Shown here piece by piece: positions 8,901 through 19,630 of a stretch of DNA of 52,358 bases. Position 1 is the stretch's first letter. The number at the start of each line of letters is the position of its first letter. Both the position numbers and the translations under genes were made by a program. The stretch spans positions 1 through 52,358 of the forward strand of contig DAVM01000016.1 in the NCBI GenBank assembly GCA_002505585.1. The letters are read 5' to 3'. Source of the DNA: Candidatus Woesearchaeota archaeon UBA489. Lineage in GTDB: Archaea > Nanobdellota > Nanobdellia > SCGC-AAA011-G17 > UBA489. The notes under the pieces were generated by a model that was given only the letters and a program-made list of their open reading frames with translations, had not been told where the DNA came from and did not search any database.

Positions 8901-11451
8901 CATCACTTTCAGTCTGATTAGTCCTGATGATGTGGAAAAAACTAGCGCAGCTAAGGTAGTTACTCCTGAGTTGTATGATAAAGAAGGGTATCCTGTTGAT
9001 GGTGGTTTAATGGATATTCGTTTGGGTGTTATTGATCCTGGTTTACGTTGTAAGACTTGTGGTGGTCGCTTAAAAGAGTGTATTGGTCATTTTGGTCATA
9101 TTGAATTAGCTCGTCCTGTTATGCATATTTTGTATGTTACTAAAGTGTATGATATTATTCGTGCTATTTGTAGGGAATGTGCTCGTGTATTATTAAACCC
9201 TGAAAAGATTAAGAAGGAAAAAGAATTATTGAGTAAGTATCGTCGTGCTAAACAGTTTGGTTTGTTAAGAAAGCGTGCTAAGCTTATTACTAATAGATTG
9301 AAATTAATTAAGAAGTGTCCTCATTGTAGTGAAAAACAATACACTATCAAAATTGAAAAACCTTCTACTTTTATGGAGAATGATAAAAAAATTAGTCCTA
9401 TTCAAGCTAAGGCTCGTTTAGAAAATATTCCTGATAAAGATTTGGAATTACTTGGTATGGATCCTAAGTTTGCTCGTCCTGAGTGGATGATTCTGAAAGT
9501 GTTGTCTATTCCTCCTGTTACTATGCGTCCTTCTATTACTTTAGAAACTGGTGAACGTTCTGAGGATGACTTAACTCATAAGCTTGGTGATATTGTTCGT
9601 ATTAATCAAAGGTTATTTGAAAATATTAATGCTGGTGCTCCTGAGATTATTGTTGAGGATTTATGGGAATTATTACAATATCATGTCACTACTTATTTTG
9701 ATAATACTGTTTTACAAATTCCTCCTGCTCGTCATCGTTCTGGTCAAGTTTTGAGAACCTTAAGTGAGCGTATTAAGAGCAAGGAAGGTAGGTTTAGGCA
9801 TAACTTGGCTGGTAAGCGTGTCAACTTTGCTGCTCGTACTGTTATTAGTCCTGATCCTAAGATTTTGTTTAATGAGGTTGGTATTCCTAAGAGTGTTGCT
9901 ATGGAATTAACTATTCCTGAAAGAGTTACTAGTTGGAATAAAGAATGGTTGCTTAGTTTAATCAAGAATGGTATTAAGATTTATCCTGGTGCTAATTATG
10001 TTATTTTCCCTGATGGTAAGAAGAAGAAGATTACTGATGAAACGCAAGAGTCTATTTTGGAAGATCTTAAAGAAGGGTATATTGTTGAGCGTCATGTTAT
10101 TGATGGTGATGTTTCTATTTTCAATAGACAACCTAGTTTACATAGGATGAGTATTATGTGTCATAGGATTCGTGTTCTTCCTGGTAAGTCTTTCAGACTT
10201 AATCCTAGTGTTTGTAATCCTTATAATGCTGATTTTGATGGTGATGAGATGAACTTGCATGTTCCTCAAACTGAAGAGGCTCGTGCTGAGGCTGAAATTT
10301 TGATGCAGGTTGAAACGCAAATTATGACTCCTAAATCTGGGTATAATGTTATTGGTTGTGTTGAAGATTCTATTACTGGTAATTATTTATTAACTAAAGA
10401 GATGACTTTGACGAAAGAGGAAGCTTCTGAATTAATGGTTTCTGTTGGTCTCGACACTATCAAATTCAAGAGTGCTACTGTGAAAGGTACTGAGATTATT
10501 AGTGCTCTTTTCCCTGAAGATTTTATGTTCTTTGGTTCTGCGAAGCAAATTGATGAAGATGGTAAAGAAACTAAGTTAGTTATTAAGAAAGGCAAGATTA
10601 TTTCTGGTATTATTGATAATAATAGTATTGGTGAAAATAATGGTGAGTTACTTCGTGAATTTTTCAGGAAGTATGGTAAAGAAAAGACTTTACAATTAAT
10701 GGTTAATTTATTCCGTATTGGTATTAAGATTTTATTAAAACGTGGATTTACTACTGGTGTTGCTGATACTGATATTCCTGAGCATATTGTTAAAAAAGTG
10801 CATGCTTCTATTGATGTTGCTTACAAAGAAGTTGATGAATTAATTGCTAAGTTTGAAGCTGGTAAATTAGAGGAACTTCCTGGTAAGACTTTAAATGAGA
10901 CTTTAGAAACTTTTACTTTAGAATTATTAAATAAAGTGAGAAATAAGGTTGGTGCTATTGTTGCTGAGTATCCTTCTGAAAAAAATTCTACTATTATTAT
11001 GGCTAAGGCTGGTGCTAAAGGAAATATTTTAAATTTTACTCAGATGTCTGGTTGTGTTGGCCAGCAGGCTTTAGGTGGTAAGCGTATTGAGCGTGGATAT
11101 AGTAATAGAACTTTGTCTTTGTTCCAAAAGAAAGATCTTGGTCCTTTAGCTCATGGGTTTATTAAAAATTCTTTCAAGCGTGGTTTAAATCCTGTTGAAT
11201 TCTTTTTCCACGCTATGACTGGTAGGGATGCTTTAATGGATACTGCTCTTCGTACTCCTAAGTCTGGATATTTGTATAGGAGATTAGCTAATGCTTTGCA
11301 AGACTTAAGGGTTGAGTATGATCAAACTGTAAGAAATGCTAATAATACTATTATTCAATTTAAGTATGGTGATGATGGGTTAGATGTTTCAAAGAGTGAA
11401 GGAGGTATCATTAGCGTTAAAAAGGCGTTTAATGATATCTTAGGTAAATAA
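8866..11451 (+). CDS. rpoA1: RNA polymerase subunit A' (Rpo1N)
   Basis: Catalytic NADFDGDEMN, GHFGHIEL, TPKSGYLYRRL. Confidence 0.97.
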   Translation: MMMGHVHKEVSNITFSLISPDDVEKTSAAKVVTPELYDKEGYPVDGGLMDIRLGVIDPGLRCKTCGGRLKECIGHFGHIELARPVMHILYVTKVYDIIRAICRECARVLLNPEKIKKEKELLSKYRRAKQFGLLRKRAKLITNRLKLIKKCPHCSEKQYTIKIEKPSTFMENDKKISPIQAKARLENIPDKDLELLGMDPKFARPEWMILKVLSIPPVTMRPSITLETGERSEDDLTHKLGDIVRINQRLFENINAGAPEIIVEDLWELLQYHVTTYFDNTVLQIPPARHRSGQVLRTLSERIKSKEGRFRHNLAGKRVNFAARTVISPDPKILFNEVGIPKSVAMELTIPERVTSWNKEWLLSLIKNGIKIYPGANYVIFPDGKKKKITDETQESILEDLKEGYIVERHVIDGDVSIFNRQPSLHRMSIMCHRIRVLPGKSFRLNPSVCNPYNADFDGDEMNLHVPQTEEARAEAEILMQVETQIMTPKSGYNVIGCVEDSITGNYLLTKEMTLTKEEASELMVSVGLDTIKFKSATVKGTEIISALFPEDFMFFGSAKQIDEDGKETKLVIKKGKIISGIIDNNSIGENNGELLREFFRKYGKEKTLQLMVNLFRIGIKILLKRGFTTGVADTDIPEHIVKKVHASIDVAYKEVDELIAKFEAGKLEELPGKTLNETLETFTLELLNKVRNKVGAIVAEYPSEKNSTIIMAKAGAKGNILNFTQMSGCVGQQALGGKRIERGYSNRTLSLFQKKDLGPLAHGFIKNSFKRGLNPVEFFFHAMTGRDALMDTALRTPKSGYLYRRLANALQDLRVEYDQTVRNANNTIIQFKYGDDGLDVSKSEGGIISVKKAFNDILGK

Positions 11452-11453
11452 CT

Positions 11454-12632
11454 ATGGAAACTGTTGCTAAAGAATTTGAAGGAAAATTGCCTCAGAAGAT
11501 TATTAACGAAGCAGTTGCTGAGGCTAAAAAGAGAAGTTGTTCTAAGGATCAGTTAAAGAAGATTATTCAATATTTGAAAGAACAGTATGATGATGCTAGG
11601 ATTACTGCTGGTGAAGGTATTGGTATTGTTACTGCTGAATCTTTTGGTGAACCTTCTACACAGATGACTCTTAACGTTTTCCACTTTGCTGGTGTTGCTG
11701 AAGTATCTGTTACTCAGGGTTTACCTAGACTTATCGAAATTTTGGATGCTCGTAAAGAGATTAAAACTCCTTCTATGGAGATTTATATTAAAAAAGAATT
11801 TAACAAAGATATGAATGTTGTAAAGAAAGTTGCTGCTTCTATTAAAGAGACTAAGTTTGCAGATATTGTTACTGAATTTACTATTAATTTAAGCAAATTA
11901 CAAATTGAAGCTACTTTGCATCAAAATAGAATTAAAGATTTAAAATTAACTCCTGATACTATTGCTAAGGCTTTAGGTGAGGGATTAAAAAATGTTATTG
12001 TTACTAGTTCTCCTAATAAAATAACTTTGAAAGCTAAAGATGCTGAGAATGAATTAATGGAAATTTATAAGTTAAAAGAAAAATCTAAAGATATCTTTAT
12101 TAAAGGTATTAAAGGTATTAGTCAGGTTCTTCCTGTTAAGAAAGATAATGAATTTTTTATTGTTACTGCTGGTTCAAATTTAAAAGAAGTTTTAGAGATT
12201 AAAGAAATTGATGAAACAAAAACTAGCACTAATAGTTTGTTTGAAGTTTTAGCAGTTTTGGGTATTGAAGCTGCTCGAAGAACTGTTATTAATGAGGCTA
12301 AGAAAGTTATTGAAAATCAAGGGTTAGATGTTGATATTCGTCATATTATGCTTATTGCTGATATTATGACTACTTCTGGTACTGTTAAGGGTATTACTCG
12401 TTCTGGTATTACTAGTGGTAAGAGTTCTGTTTTGGCTCGTGCTAGTTTTGAGACTCCTATTGTGCATATCATTAATGCTTCTTTGGTTGGTGAGGAAGAT
12501 CAATTAAATTCTGTTATTGAAAATGTTATGCTAAATCAGCCTGTTCCTCTTGGTACTGGTTTGCCTGGTTTGGTTGCTAAAATGATTAAGGGTGCTGAGA
12601 AAGGAATCCCTAAAGGGAAGGCTAAAAAATGA
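11454..12632 (+). CDS. rpoA2: RNA polymerase subunit A'' (Rpo1C)
   Basis: GEPSTQMTLNVFHFAG, ARASFET, PLGTG motifs. Confidence 0.95.
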   Translation: METVAKEFEGKLPQKIINEAVAEAKKRSCSKDQLKKIIQYLKEQYDDARITAGEGIGIVTAESFGEPSTQMTLNVFHFAGVAEVSVTQGLPRLIEILDARKEIKTPSMEIYIKKEFNKDMNVVKKVAASIKETKFADIVTEFTINLSKLQIEATLHQNRIKDLKLTPDTIAKALGEGLKNVIVTSSPNKITLKAKDAENELMEIYKLKEKSKDIFIKGIKGISQVLPVKKDNEFFIVTAGSNLKEVLEIKEIDETKTSTNSLFEVLAVLGIEAARRTVINEAKKVIENQGLDVDIRHIMLIADIMTTSGTVKGITRSGITSGKSSVLARASFETPIVHIINASLVGEEDQLNSVIENVMLNQPVPLGTGLPGLVAKMIKGAEKGIPKGKAKK

Positions 12633-12883
12633 GTGTTGTTGAATTAAGAAAAGTTTTGTCTAGTAAAAATGTTGTTTTTGGTACTAATCAAACTATTAAA
12701 AATATAAAGTGTGGTAAAGTAAAACGTGTTTTTTTAGCTAGTAATTGTCCGGCTGCTACTAAAAAGACTTTTGAAGAGTATAAGAAGGTTAATGATTTTG
12801 AAATTATTCAGTTGGATGATCCTGGTGAAGAGTTAATGTTGCTTTGTAAAAAAAATTTCCCAATCATTGTTTTGAGTTGTTAG
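12629..12883 (+). CDS. rpl30e: 50S ribosomal protein L30e
   Basis: L7Ae/L30e-fold pattern (G...TIK.IK.GK...VFLASNCP) at the conserved operon position. Confidence 0.85.
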   Translation: MSVVELRKVLSSKNVVFGTNQTIKNIKCGKVKRVFLASNCPAATKKTFEEYKKVNDFEIIQLDDPGEELMLLCKKNFPIIVLSC

Positions 12884-12886
12884 ATA

Positions 12887-13297
12887 ATGAATAAGCTTGA
12901 CCTAAAAACTATTGGTTTGATTACTACTTTTGAAAAGATAACTCGATCTCATGTAAAAAATGTTTTGTTAGATAAGGTTAATCAAGTTGTTTTTATTGTT
13001 AATGAGGGTGAGGCTGGTAAAGCTATTGGTAAGGGTGGTGTGAATATTAAGAAGTTGTCTTTTTTGTTGAAGAAGAAGATTCGTGTTATTGAGTTTAATC
13101 CTGATATGAAGGAATTTATCAAAAATTGTATTGCTCCTTTAAAGGTTGATGCTATCCAAATTGAAGAAAAAAAAGTTGTTTTGCGGGCTAAGAGTCGTCA
13201 AATTCGTGCTCAAATAATTGGTAGAGATAAAACTAATTTAAAAGAATTAAATCAATTACTCAAAAAGTATTTTGATACTGAAATAAGCGTAGAGTGA
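12887..13297 (+). CDS. nusA: NusA-like KH-domain transcription factor
   Basis: GKAIGKGG KH motif and second IIGRD motif; conserved position. Confidence 0.9.
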   Translation: MNKLDLKTIGLITTFEKITRSHVKNVLLDKVNQVVFIVNEGEAGKAIGKGGVNIKKLSFLLKKKIRVIEFNPDMKEFIKNCIAPLKVDAIQIEEKKVVLRAKSRQIRAQIIGRDKTNLKELNQLLKKYFDTEISVE

Positions 13298-13320
13298 GGT
13301 TTCTGAGGCTATTGGAGAGT

Positions 13321-13335
13321 AGAAATCTTTATAAA
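13321..13335 (+). promoter_or_regulatory. BRE/TATA promoter of rps12 (short leader or leaderless)
   Basis: agaaatcTTTATAAA ending ~25 nt before the ATG at 13361. Confidence 0.6.
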
Positions 13336-13360
13336 CAGTTCAAACGAAGGTTGTAATCAC

Positions 13361-13798
13361 ATGGGTAGTAAATCTAACGGCTTAGGTGCTGGTAAAAAAT
13401 TAAAGAAACGTAGAAGGACTTTCAGATGGAAGAGTCCTACTTTTGTTCGTCGTGTTTTAAAATTAAAAGAAAAATCTGATCCTTTGAAAGGAAGTTATCA
13501 AGCTAAAGGTATTGTTCTTGAAAAACGTCAATTAGAAGCTAAACAACCTAACTCAGGTATGCGTAAGTGTTGCATGGTGCAATTAATTAAGAATGGTAAA
13601 AAAATTACTGCTTTCGCTCCTCGTGATGGTGCTATTAAAATTATTGATGAGCATGATGAAGTTATTATTGAATGTATTGGTGGTACTAGAGGAAGATCTA
13701 AAGGTGACATGCCTGGTGTAAGATGGCAAATTATTAAAGTTAATGATCAAAGTTTGAATGCTTTGACTCGTGGCAAGATTGAGAAAGGTAGAAGATGA
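13361..13798 (+). CDS. rps12: 30S ribosomal protein S12 (uS12)
   Basis: [20 protein letters not shown]. Confidence 0.97.
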   Translation: MGSKSNGLGAGKKLKKRRRTFRWKSPTFVRRVLKLKEKSDPLKGSYQAKGIVLEKRQLEAKQPNSGMRKCCMVQLIKNGKKITAFAPRDGAIKIIDEHDEVIIECIGGTRGRSKGDMPGVRWQIIKVNDQSLNALTRGKIEKGRR

Positions 13799-14394
13799 TT
13801 GACATAAAATTATTTAATCGTTGGGATACTAAACATATTGAAGTGCAAGATCCTGGTTTAAAAGGATACATTAATGTGGAACCTCGTTTAGTTCCTAGAA
13901 GTAGTGGTCGTTTTGCTTCTCAACGTTTTTACAGAAACAAATATTCTATTGTTGAACGTTTAATGAATCGTTTAATGGTTCCTGGTCATAAAGGAAAGAA
14001 ACATTATATTACTTCTGGTCATTGTGGTGGCAAAAGTGCTACTGTTAACAAGATCATGGAAAAAACTTTAGTTATTATTGAACAACAAACTAAAAAGAAT
14101 CCTGTTGAAATTTTAGTGCGTGCTATTGAGAATGGTTCTCCTCGTGAAGAAGTTACTTCTATTGAATATGGTGGTGCTAGATATTCTCAGGCTGTTGATG
14201 CTTCTCCTCAAAGAAGAGTTGATATCACCCTTCGTTTTTTCGTACAAGGTGCTTACCAAAAGTCTTTTGCTAAAAAAATTAGTATTGAAAAGGCTTTATC
14301 TAACGAAATTATTTTTGCTTATCAATGTGACAGTAAGAGTTTGGCTGTGCAAAGAAAACTTGAAGCTGAAAAGCAAGCTGATTCTGCTCGTTAA
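13795..14394 (+). CDS. rps7: 30S ribosomal protein S7 (uS7)
   Basis: [31 protein letters not shown]. Confidence 0.96.
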   Translation: MIDIKLFNRWDTKHIEVQDPGLKGYINVEPRLVPRSSGRFASQRFYRNKYSIVERLMNRLMVPGHKGKKHYITSGHCGGKSATVNKIMEKTLVIIEQQTKKNPVEILVRAIENGSPREEVTSIEYGGARYSQAVDASPQRRVDITLRFFVQGAYQKSFAKKISIEKALSNEIIFAYQCDSKSLAVQRKLEAEKQADSAR

Positions 14395-14437
14395 GGAATT
14401 CTAAACCTATTTATACCAGAAAAGCTTATTCTTTCTT

Positions 14438-15058
14438 ATGACTCAAAAGAAAAAAGCATGGATCATAGTAATTTTAATAGTTGTTCTTATTCTTATAGCT
14501 GGAAAAAATGATAGTGAGAATAATAATATGACAAAAAAGAGTTCAAAGGATCAAGTTGCTACTTTTGCTGGTGGTTGTTTTTGGTGTGTTGAAGCTGCTT
14601 TTGAAAAAGTTACTGGTGTTTCTGAAGTTGTTTCTGGTTTTTCTGGTGGAATTACTAAAGATCCTTCTTACGAAGAGGTTACTGCTGGTGGCACTGGCCA
14701 TTTAGAATCTGTACAAGTTTTCTTTGATCCTAAAAAAGTTTCTTATAAAGAATTATTAGATGTTTTTTGGAGGAGTTCTGATCCTACTGATGCTGGTGGA
14801 AGTTTTGGTAATCGTGGTGAGTCTTATACTTCTGCTATTTTTTATCATTCTCTTGCTCAAAAGAAGTTGGCTGAAGAAGCTAAGAAAGAGTTAGATAATT
14901 CTGGACGTTATGATAAACCTGTTGTTACTCCTATTCGTAAATTTGTTGCTTTTTATCCTGCCGAGGACTATCATCAAGATTTTTACAAAAAAAGTCCTGT
15001 TCGTTATAAATCTTATCGTTTCTTTTCTGGTCGTGATCAATATTTCAAAAAAACCTGA
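14438..15058 (+). CDS. msrA: Peptide methionine sulfoxide reductase MsrA with N-terminal membrane anchor, possibly C-terminally truncated
   Basis: FAGGCFWC, FYPAEDYHQDFY motifs; ends abruptly at YFKKT where base composition changes. Confidence 0.9.
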   Translation: MTQKKKAWIIVILIVVLILIAGKNDSENNNMTKKSSKDQVATFAGGCFWCVEAAFEKVTGVSEVVSGFSGGITKDPSYEEVTAGGTGHLESVQVFFDPKKVSYKELLDVFWRSSDPTDAGGSFGNRGESYTSAIFYHSLAQKKLAEEAKKELDNSGRYDKPVVTPIRKFVAFYPAEDYHQDFYKKSPVRYKSYRFFSGRDQYFKKT

Positions 15059-15470
15059 TAAGTATGGAAGATATAAAGTTAATATTCGAAAGCGAGAGAA
15101 ATTAGAAAGAAGTCTTATCTTTTTTGAAGGAAGAACAATTAAGTGGTATAGATTACTAGCACATTTGGATGGTTTAAAGTCAGAAAGTTTAGGCATGTTA
15201 AATGAGAAGCCTTCTATTGATAAAGTAATTAAAGTATTAAATAAGCTATTTCCTAGAAAACGGAAGAATACATTAACATTTACAGATATAGTAAAAGTAG
15301 TAAAAAATAAAGAAAAGGTAAGTATTGTTGAACTGATGGAACACTTTGAGAAAAAGAATTCAGTCATATATGCTTATGTAGGAAAACTAGTGGAGTGGAA
15401 AGTTTTATTAAGGGAAAAAATCGACGGCAAATGCATGATTAGATTGAATGAAGGGGCTCTGATGAATTAA
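15057..15470 (+). pseudogene. Probable 5'-truncated LAGLIDADG endonuclease remnant with C-terminal winged-HTH
   Basis: YKVNIRKREKLERSLIFFEGRTIKWYRL aligns by eye with the C-terminus of the 20036 LAGLIDADG (FILNIGRKEDRERYLELVGFNHTIKLKKL). Followed by a wHTH-like segment (VSIVELMEHFEKKNSVIYAYVGKLVEWKVL). No proper start (internal ATG at 15195); A-rich composition. Confidence 0.55.
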
Positions 15471-17697
15471 ATGGCAAAAACACAGACAGAGCTTGTTGTA
15501 GAGTTGATGAATCAACCAGAAAGAATACGTAATTTGGCTATTTGTGCTCATATCGATAGGTTTTAGAGAGAACTATCTCAAAACCCGAGTGCATGGGAAA
15601 ACCACATTTAGTGACAATTTACTAGCTGGTGCTGGTATGATTTCTGAAGAACTTGCTGGTAAACAATTAGCGTTAGATTTTCATGCTGATGAACAAGAGC
15701 GTGGTATCACTATTGATTCTGCTAGTGTTTCTATGGTACACGCTGTTGCTGGTAAGGATTATTTAATTAATTTAATTGACACTCCTGGTCACGTTGATTT
15801 TGGTGGTGACGTTACTCGTGCTATGCGTGCTGTTGATGGTTGTATTGTTTTATGTGATGCTGTTGAAGGTATCATGCCACAAACTGAAACTGTTCTTCGT
15901 CAAGCTCTAAAAGAAAGAGTGAAGCCTACTTTATTCATTAACAAAGTTGATCGTTTAATTCGTGAAGTTAAATTAACTCCTGAAGAAATGCAAGCAAGAT
16001 TTATCAAAATTATTGGTTCTGTTAATGAGTTCATTGACAAAATTACTCCTGAAGAATTTAAAGGCAAGTGGAATGTGAGTGTGCAAGAGGGTTCTGTTGC
16101 TTTCGGATCAGCCTTTCATAATTGGGCTTTATCTTTTCCTTACATGAAAGAAAAAGAAATTTCTTTTAAGGATATCATTGATCATTACCAAAAAGAAGGT
16201 GATGAATACAAAAAATTAACTAAACTTGCTCCTCTCCACGAAGTTGTTTTAGGTATGGTTGTTAAGCATTTACCTTCTCCTAAAATTGCTCAACCTTATC
16301 GTGTTCCTAAGATTTGGAATGGTGATGCTGAGTCCCCTGAAGGTAAGGCTTTCATGAATTGTGATGCTACTGGTGAGGTTGGTTTTATTTGTATTAAAAT
16401 TGTTATTGATCCTCATGCTGGTGAGGTTGCTACTGGTCGTTTGTATGGTGGTACTATTAAACAAGGTGATGAAGTGTATATGAATTTGGCTAAAAAGTCT
16501 GTTCGTGTGCAACAAGTGAATATTTACAAAGGTTCTCAACGTATTCAAGTTGATAAAGCTGTTGCTGGAAATATTATTGGTTTAGTTGGAATTAAGGGTG
16601 CTTTTGTTGGTGAAACTGTTTCTACTAAAAAGATTGAACCTTTTGAAGCTATTACTCACATTTTTGAACCTGTTGTTACTAAATCTATTGAAGCTGAAAG
16701 TTCTTCTGACTTACCTAAATTAGTTGAAGTTCTTCGTCAAGTTGCTAAAGAAGATCCTACTATTCAAATTGAAATTAATGAAGAGACTGGTGAAAATTTA
16801 ATGCATGGTATGGGTGAACTCCACTTAGAAGTTATTGAAAATCGTATTAAGACTGAAAAAAATGTTAAAGTTAAAACTTCTCCTCCTATTGTTGTTTATC
16901 GTGAAGCTGTTACTAAAAAGTCTGCTGTTATTGAAGGAAAATCTCCTAATAAACATAATAAATTTATGATGAGTGTTGAACCTATGTCTGAAGAATTACA
17001 TGCTGCTATTCGTGGTGGTAAAATTCCTGAAGGTAGGATTAAGAAAAAAGATCAAAGTATACAACAAGAATTAGAAAAAGTTGGTATTCCTGTTAAAGAA
17101 GGAAAGAAGTTTAGAGAATTTTTTAAAGGAAATGCTTTGATCGATGATACTCGTGGTATTGTACATATTGGTGAAGTGCAAGAAATGGTGAATGATGGTT
17201 TTGAACAAGTTATGAAGGCTGGTCCTTTAGCTAGAGAACCTGGGATTAAGATGGTTGTTCGTTTAGATGATACTAAACTTCACGAAGATGCTATTCATCG
17301 TGGTCCTGCTCAAATTTATCCTGCTATTCGTTCTGCTATTAAACAAGCTATGAGTGGTGCTGGTGCTATTATTTATGAACCTGTGCAAGTTCTCCAAATT
17401 GAAGCTCCTACTGAATATATGGGTGAAATTTCTAGATTAGTACAAAATAAAAGAGGACAATTAATGGATATGAAAGAAGAGGGTGAGCATATGACTATTA
17501 AAGCTAAACTCCCTGTTGCTGAAATGTTTGGGTTAACTAATGATCTTCGTTCTGCTACTAGTGGAAGAGGTAGTCACTTTTTGGTTGATCAGATGTTTGA
17601 AAAACTTCCTTCTGAATTACAAAATAGAGTTGTTAAACAAATTCGTGATCGTAAAGGCTTGAAGCAAGAAGATCCTCCTGAAGAGGGAGAAGAATAG
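15471..17697 (+). CDS. fusA: Translation elongation factor EF-2, spliced: join(15471..15557,15592..17697), 730 aa
   Basis: Exon 1 MAKTQTELVVELMNQPERIRNLAICAHID plus exon 2 HGKTTFSD...; RGITI, DTPGHVDF, NKVD and diphthamide loop LHEDAIHRG all intact. Confidence 0.95.
15558..15591 (+). other. 34-nt BHB-type intron in EF-2 mRNA
   Basis: Exon helix CTCAT/ATGGG, central helix ATCG/CGAG (3 bp plus A.G), bulges AT|A and TG|C, intron stem GGTTTT/AAAACC plus GAGA/TCTC. Removal restores the frame and AHIDHGKT. Confidence 0.9.
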
Positions 17698-17791
17698 ATT
17701 CTATCTTAATCCCCAACCACAACCTTTATAAACCGCTTATTTATGCTTCTATACACTATTATAATTCAGAAAAAGGAGATAATTTTGTAAA

Positions 17792-19072
17792 ATGGCTAGA
17801 GAAAAACCGCACATGAATGCAATTTTTGTAGGTCACGTTGACCATGGAAAATCTACTACTGTAGGACGTTTAATGTTTGATTCTGGAAATATTGATGAAC
17901 AAACTATGAGAAAATTAAAAGATAAAGCTCAAGAATTAGGTAAGTCTGGTTTTGAATTCGCTTTTGTTATGGATAATTTAAAAGAAGAGAGAGAACGTGG
18001 TGTTACTATTGATCTTTCTTATAAGAAATTTATGTCTGATAAGTTCGAAATGACTATTATTGATGCTCCTGGGCACAAAGATTTTGTTAAGAATATGATT
18101 ACTGGTAGTTCACAAGCTGATGTGGCTTTCTTAATTGTGGCTGCTTCTGATGGTGTTATGGCTCAGACTAAAGAACATGTTTGGCTTTGTAAGACTTTAG
18201 GTGTGCAACAACTTTGTGTTGCTGTGAACAAGATGGATGCTGTAAAGTATGATGAAGCTAAATTTAAGGAAGTTAAGGAAAGTGTTAGTAAATTAGTACA
18301 AACTGCTGGATATAACTTAGAAAAAGTTGCTTTTATTCCAATTAGTGCTTTTGAAGGTGACAATGTTGTTAAGAAATCTGAGAACATGGCTTGGTATACT
18401 GGTCCTACTATTAGAGAACAGTTAGACAAGTTTGATGAACCTGAAAAACCTACTGGATTACCTTTACGTTTACCTATTCAGGATGTATATAGTATTCCTG
18501 GTATTGGTGTTGTTCCTGTCGGTCGTGTTGAGACTGGTAAGATGAAGGTTGGGGACAAAGTTATTGTCGTTCCTGGTCGTGATGGGAAAGGTATTGAGGG
18601 TGAAGTTAAAAGTATTGAAATGCATCATGAACAAGTGCAAGAAACTATTGCTGGTGACAACATTGGTTTCAACGTTCGTGGTATTGGTAAAAAGGATATT
18701 GCTCGTGGAGATGTCTTAGGACTTTCTAGTAATCCTCCAACTATCTGTACTGAATTTAAGGCACAAATTGTAGTTATTAACCATCCTACTGTCTTAACTA
18801 AAGGATACACTCCTGTTTTCCATATTCATACTGCACAAGTTGCTTGTCAGATTGTGAATATTGATAAGAAGTTAGATCCAGCTACTGGAGAAACTTTGGA
18901 AGAAAATCCTGACTTTATTAAGAATGGAGATGCAGCTATTGTAACTGTTAAACCTACTAAACCTATGGTTATTGAAAAGAAAAGCGATATTCCACAAATG
19001 GCAAGTTTCGCTATTCGTGATGCTGGTAGTACTGTTGCAGCTGGTATGTGTATTGAATTAACGAAGAAATAA
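17792..19072 (+). CDS. tuf: Translation elongation factor EF-1 alpha
   Basis: [24 protein letters not shown]. Confidence 0.97.
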   Translation: MAREKPHMNAIFVGHVDHGKSTTVGRLMFDSGNIDEQTMRKLKDKAQELGKSGFEFAFVMDNLKEERERGVTIDLSYKKFMSDKFEMTIIDAPGHKDFVKNMITGSSQADVAFLIVAASDGVMAQTKEHVWLCKTLGVQQLCVAVNKMDAVKYDEAKFKEVKESVSKLVQTAGYNLEKVAFIPISAFEGDNVVKKSENMAWYTGPTIREQLDKFDEPEKPTGLPLRLPIQDVYSIPGIGVVPVGRVETGKMKVGDKVIVVPGRDGKGIEGEVKSIEMHHEQVQETIAGDNIGFNVRGIGKKDIARGDVLGLSSNPPTICTEFKAQIVVINHPTVLTKGYTPVFHIHTAQVACQIVNIDKKLDPATGETLEENPDFIKNGDAAIVTVKPTKPMVIEKKSDIPQMASFAIRDAGSTVAAGMCIELTKK

Positions 19073-19124
19073 ATTTCTTCTTCTTTCTTTTATTTTTATA
19101 GTAACTAATTGGAGAATAAAAAGA

Positions 19125-19607
19125 ATGGGAAAATCTAAAACAGAGTATGTAGTTGGTATTGAGTTGAATCCTAAACTTGCATTTGTTGATCCTGTTAATC
19201 CTCATGGAGAGAGATTGTTTGATTTTGATGAGAATTTTGTTTATGCTGTCAAGAAGGTTAAGAAGGTTTTAGGAAGTAAGTCATTAAGAAGGTTTTTAGG
19301 GAATGTTGATATTTCTGAGAGCCTTCAAAGGAATAGAGTTGAATTTCGTTTTCCTTCACAAAAAAGGAATAATGAGAGGATTATGAGTTATTTACATGAA
19401 TCTTTAACAAAGGAGCTTGGGTGGATTGATAAGAGAAAGGGGTATGGAGTTCTTGAGAGAAAAAAGAGTGAACAACAGATAGAGCCTGTTTTGAAAGTAT
19501 TGCCTGTGTTGGGTGATTTAGAGTGTGTTGCTATGCAATCAAATACTCCTACTGATGATTGGAAGCAAGATTATAAAGATGCATTAACTGCAGGGGAACT
19601 TTTATAA
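19125..19607 (+). CDS. Hypothetical protein inserted between tuf and rps10
   Basis: 160-aa ORF with GGAG upstream; no recognisable motif. Confidence 0.6.
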   Translation: MGKSKTEYVVGIELNPKLAFVDPVNPHGERLFDFDENFVYAVKKVKKVLGSKSLRRFLGNVDISESLQRNRVEFRFPSQKRNNERIMSYLHESLTKELGWIDKRKGYGVLERKKSEQQIEPVLKVLPVLGDLECVAMQSNTPTDDWKQDYKDALTAGELL

Positions 19608-19630
19608 ACCCTTTTTTTCTGTGATATCTT

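Noticed and set aside
5594-12632. Inteins or further introns in RNA polymerase genes
   Set aside because: Lengths and conserved motifs look normal and frames are unbroken; short in-frame inserts cannot be excluded without alignment.
14910-15056. N-terminal part of the 186-aa ORF
   Set aside because: Off-frame shadow of the T-rich msrA codons (poly-Leu/Ile); not a credible protein start.
15558-15591. Programmed frameshift or pseudogene as the explanation of the EF-2 break
   Set aside because: A frameshift would leave ~11 extra residues inside the P-loop. The rest of the gene is intact and the BHB cut rule restores it to the nucleotide. Translational bypassing cannot be formally excluded.
15544-17697. 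ORF-track EF-2 starting at GTG 15544 (MLISIGFRENYLKTRVHGKT)
   Set aside because: It lacks the conserved IRN...AHID half of the P-loop, which is encoded upstream in another frame; the start is an artefact of the intron.
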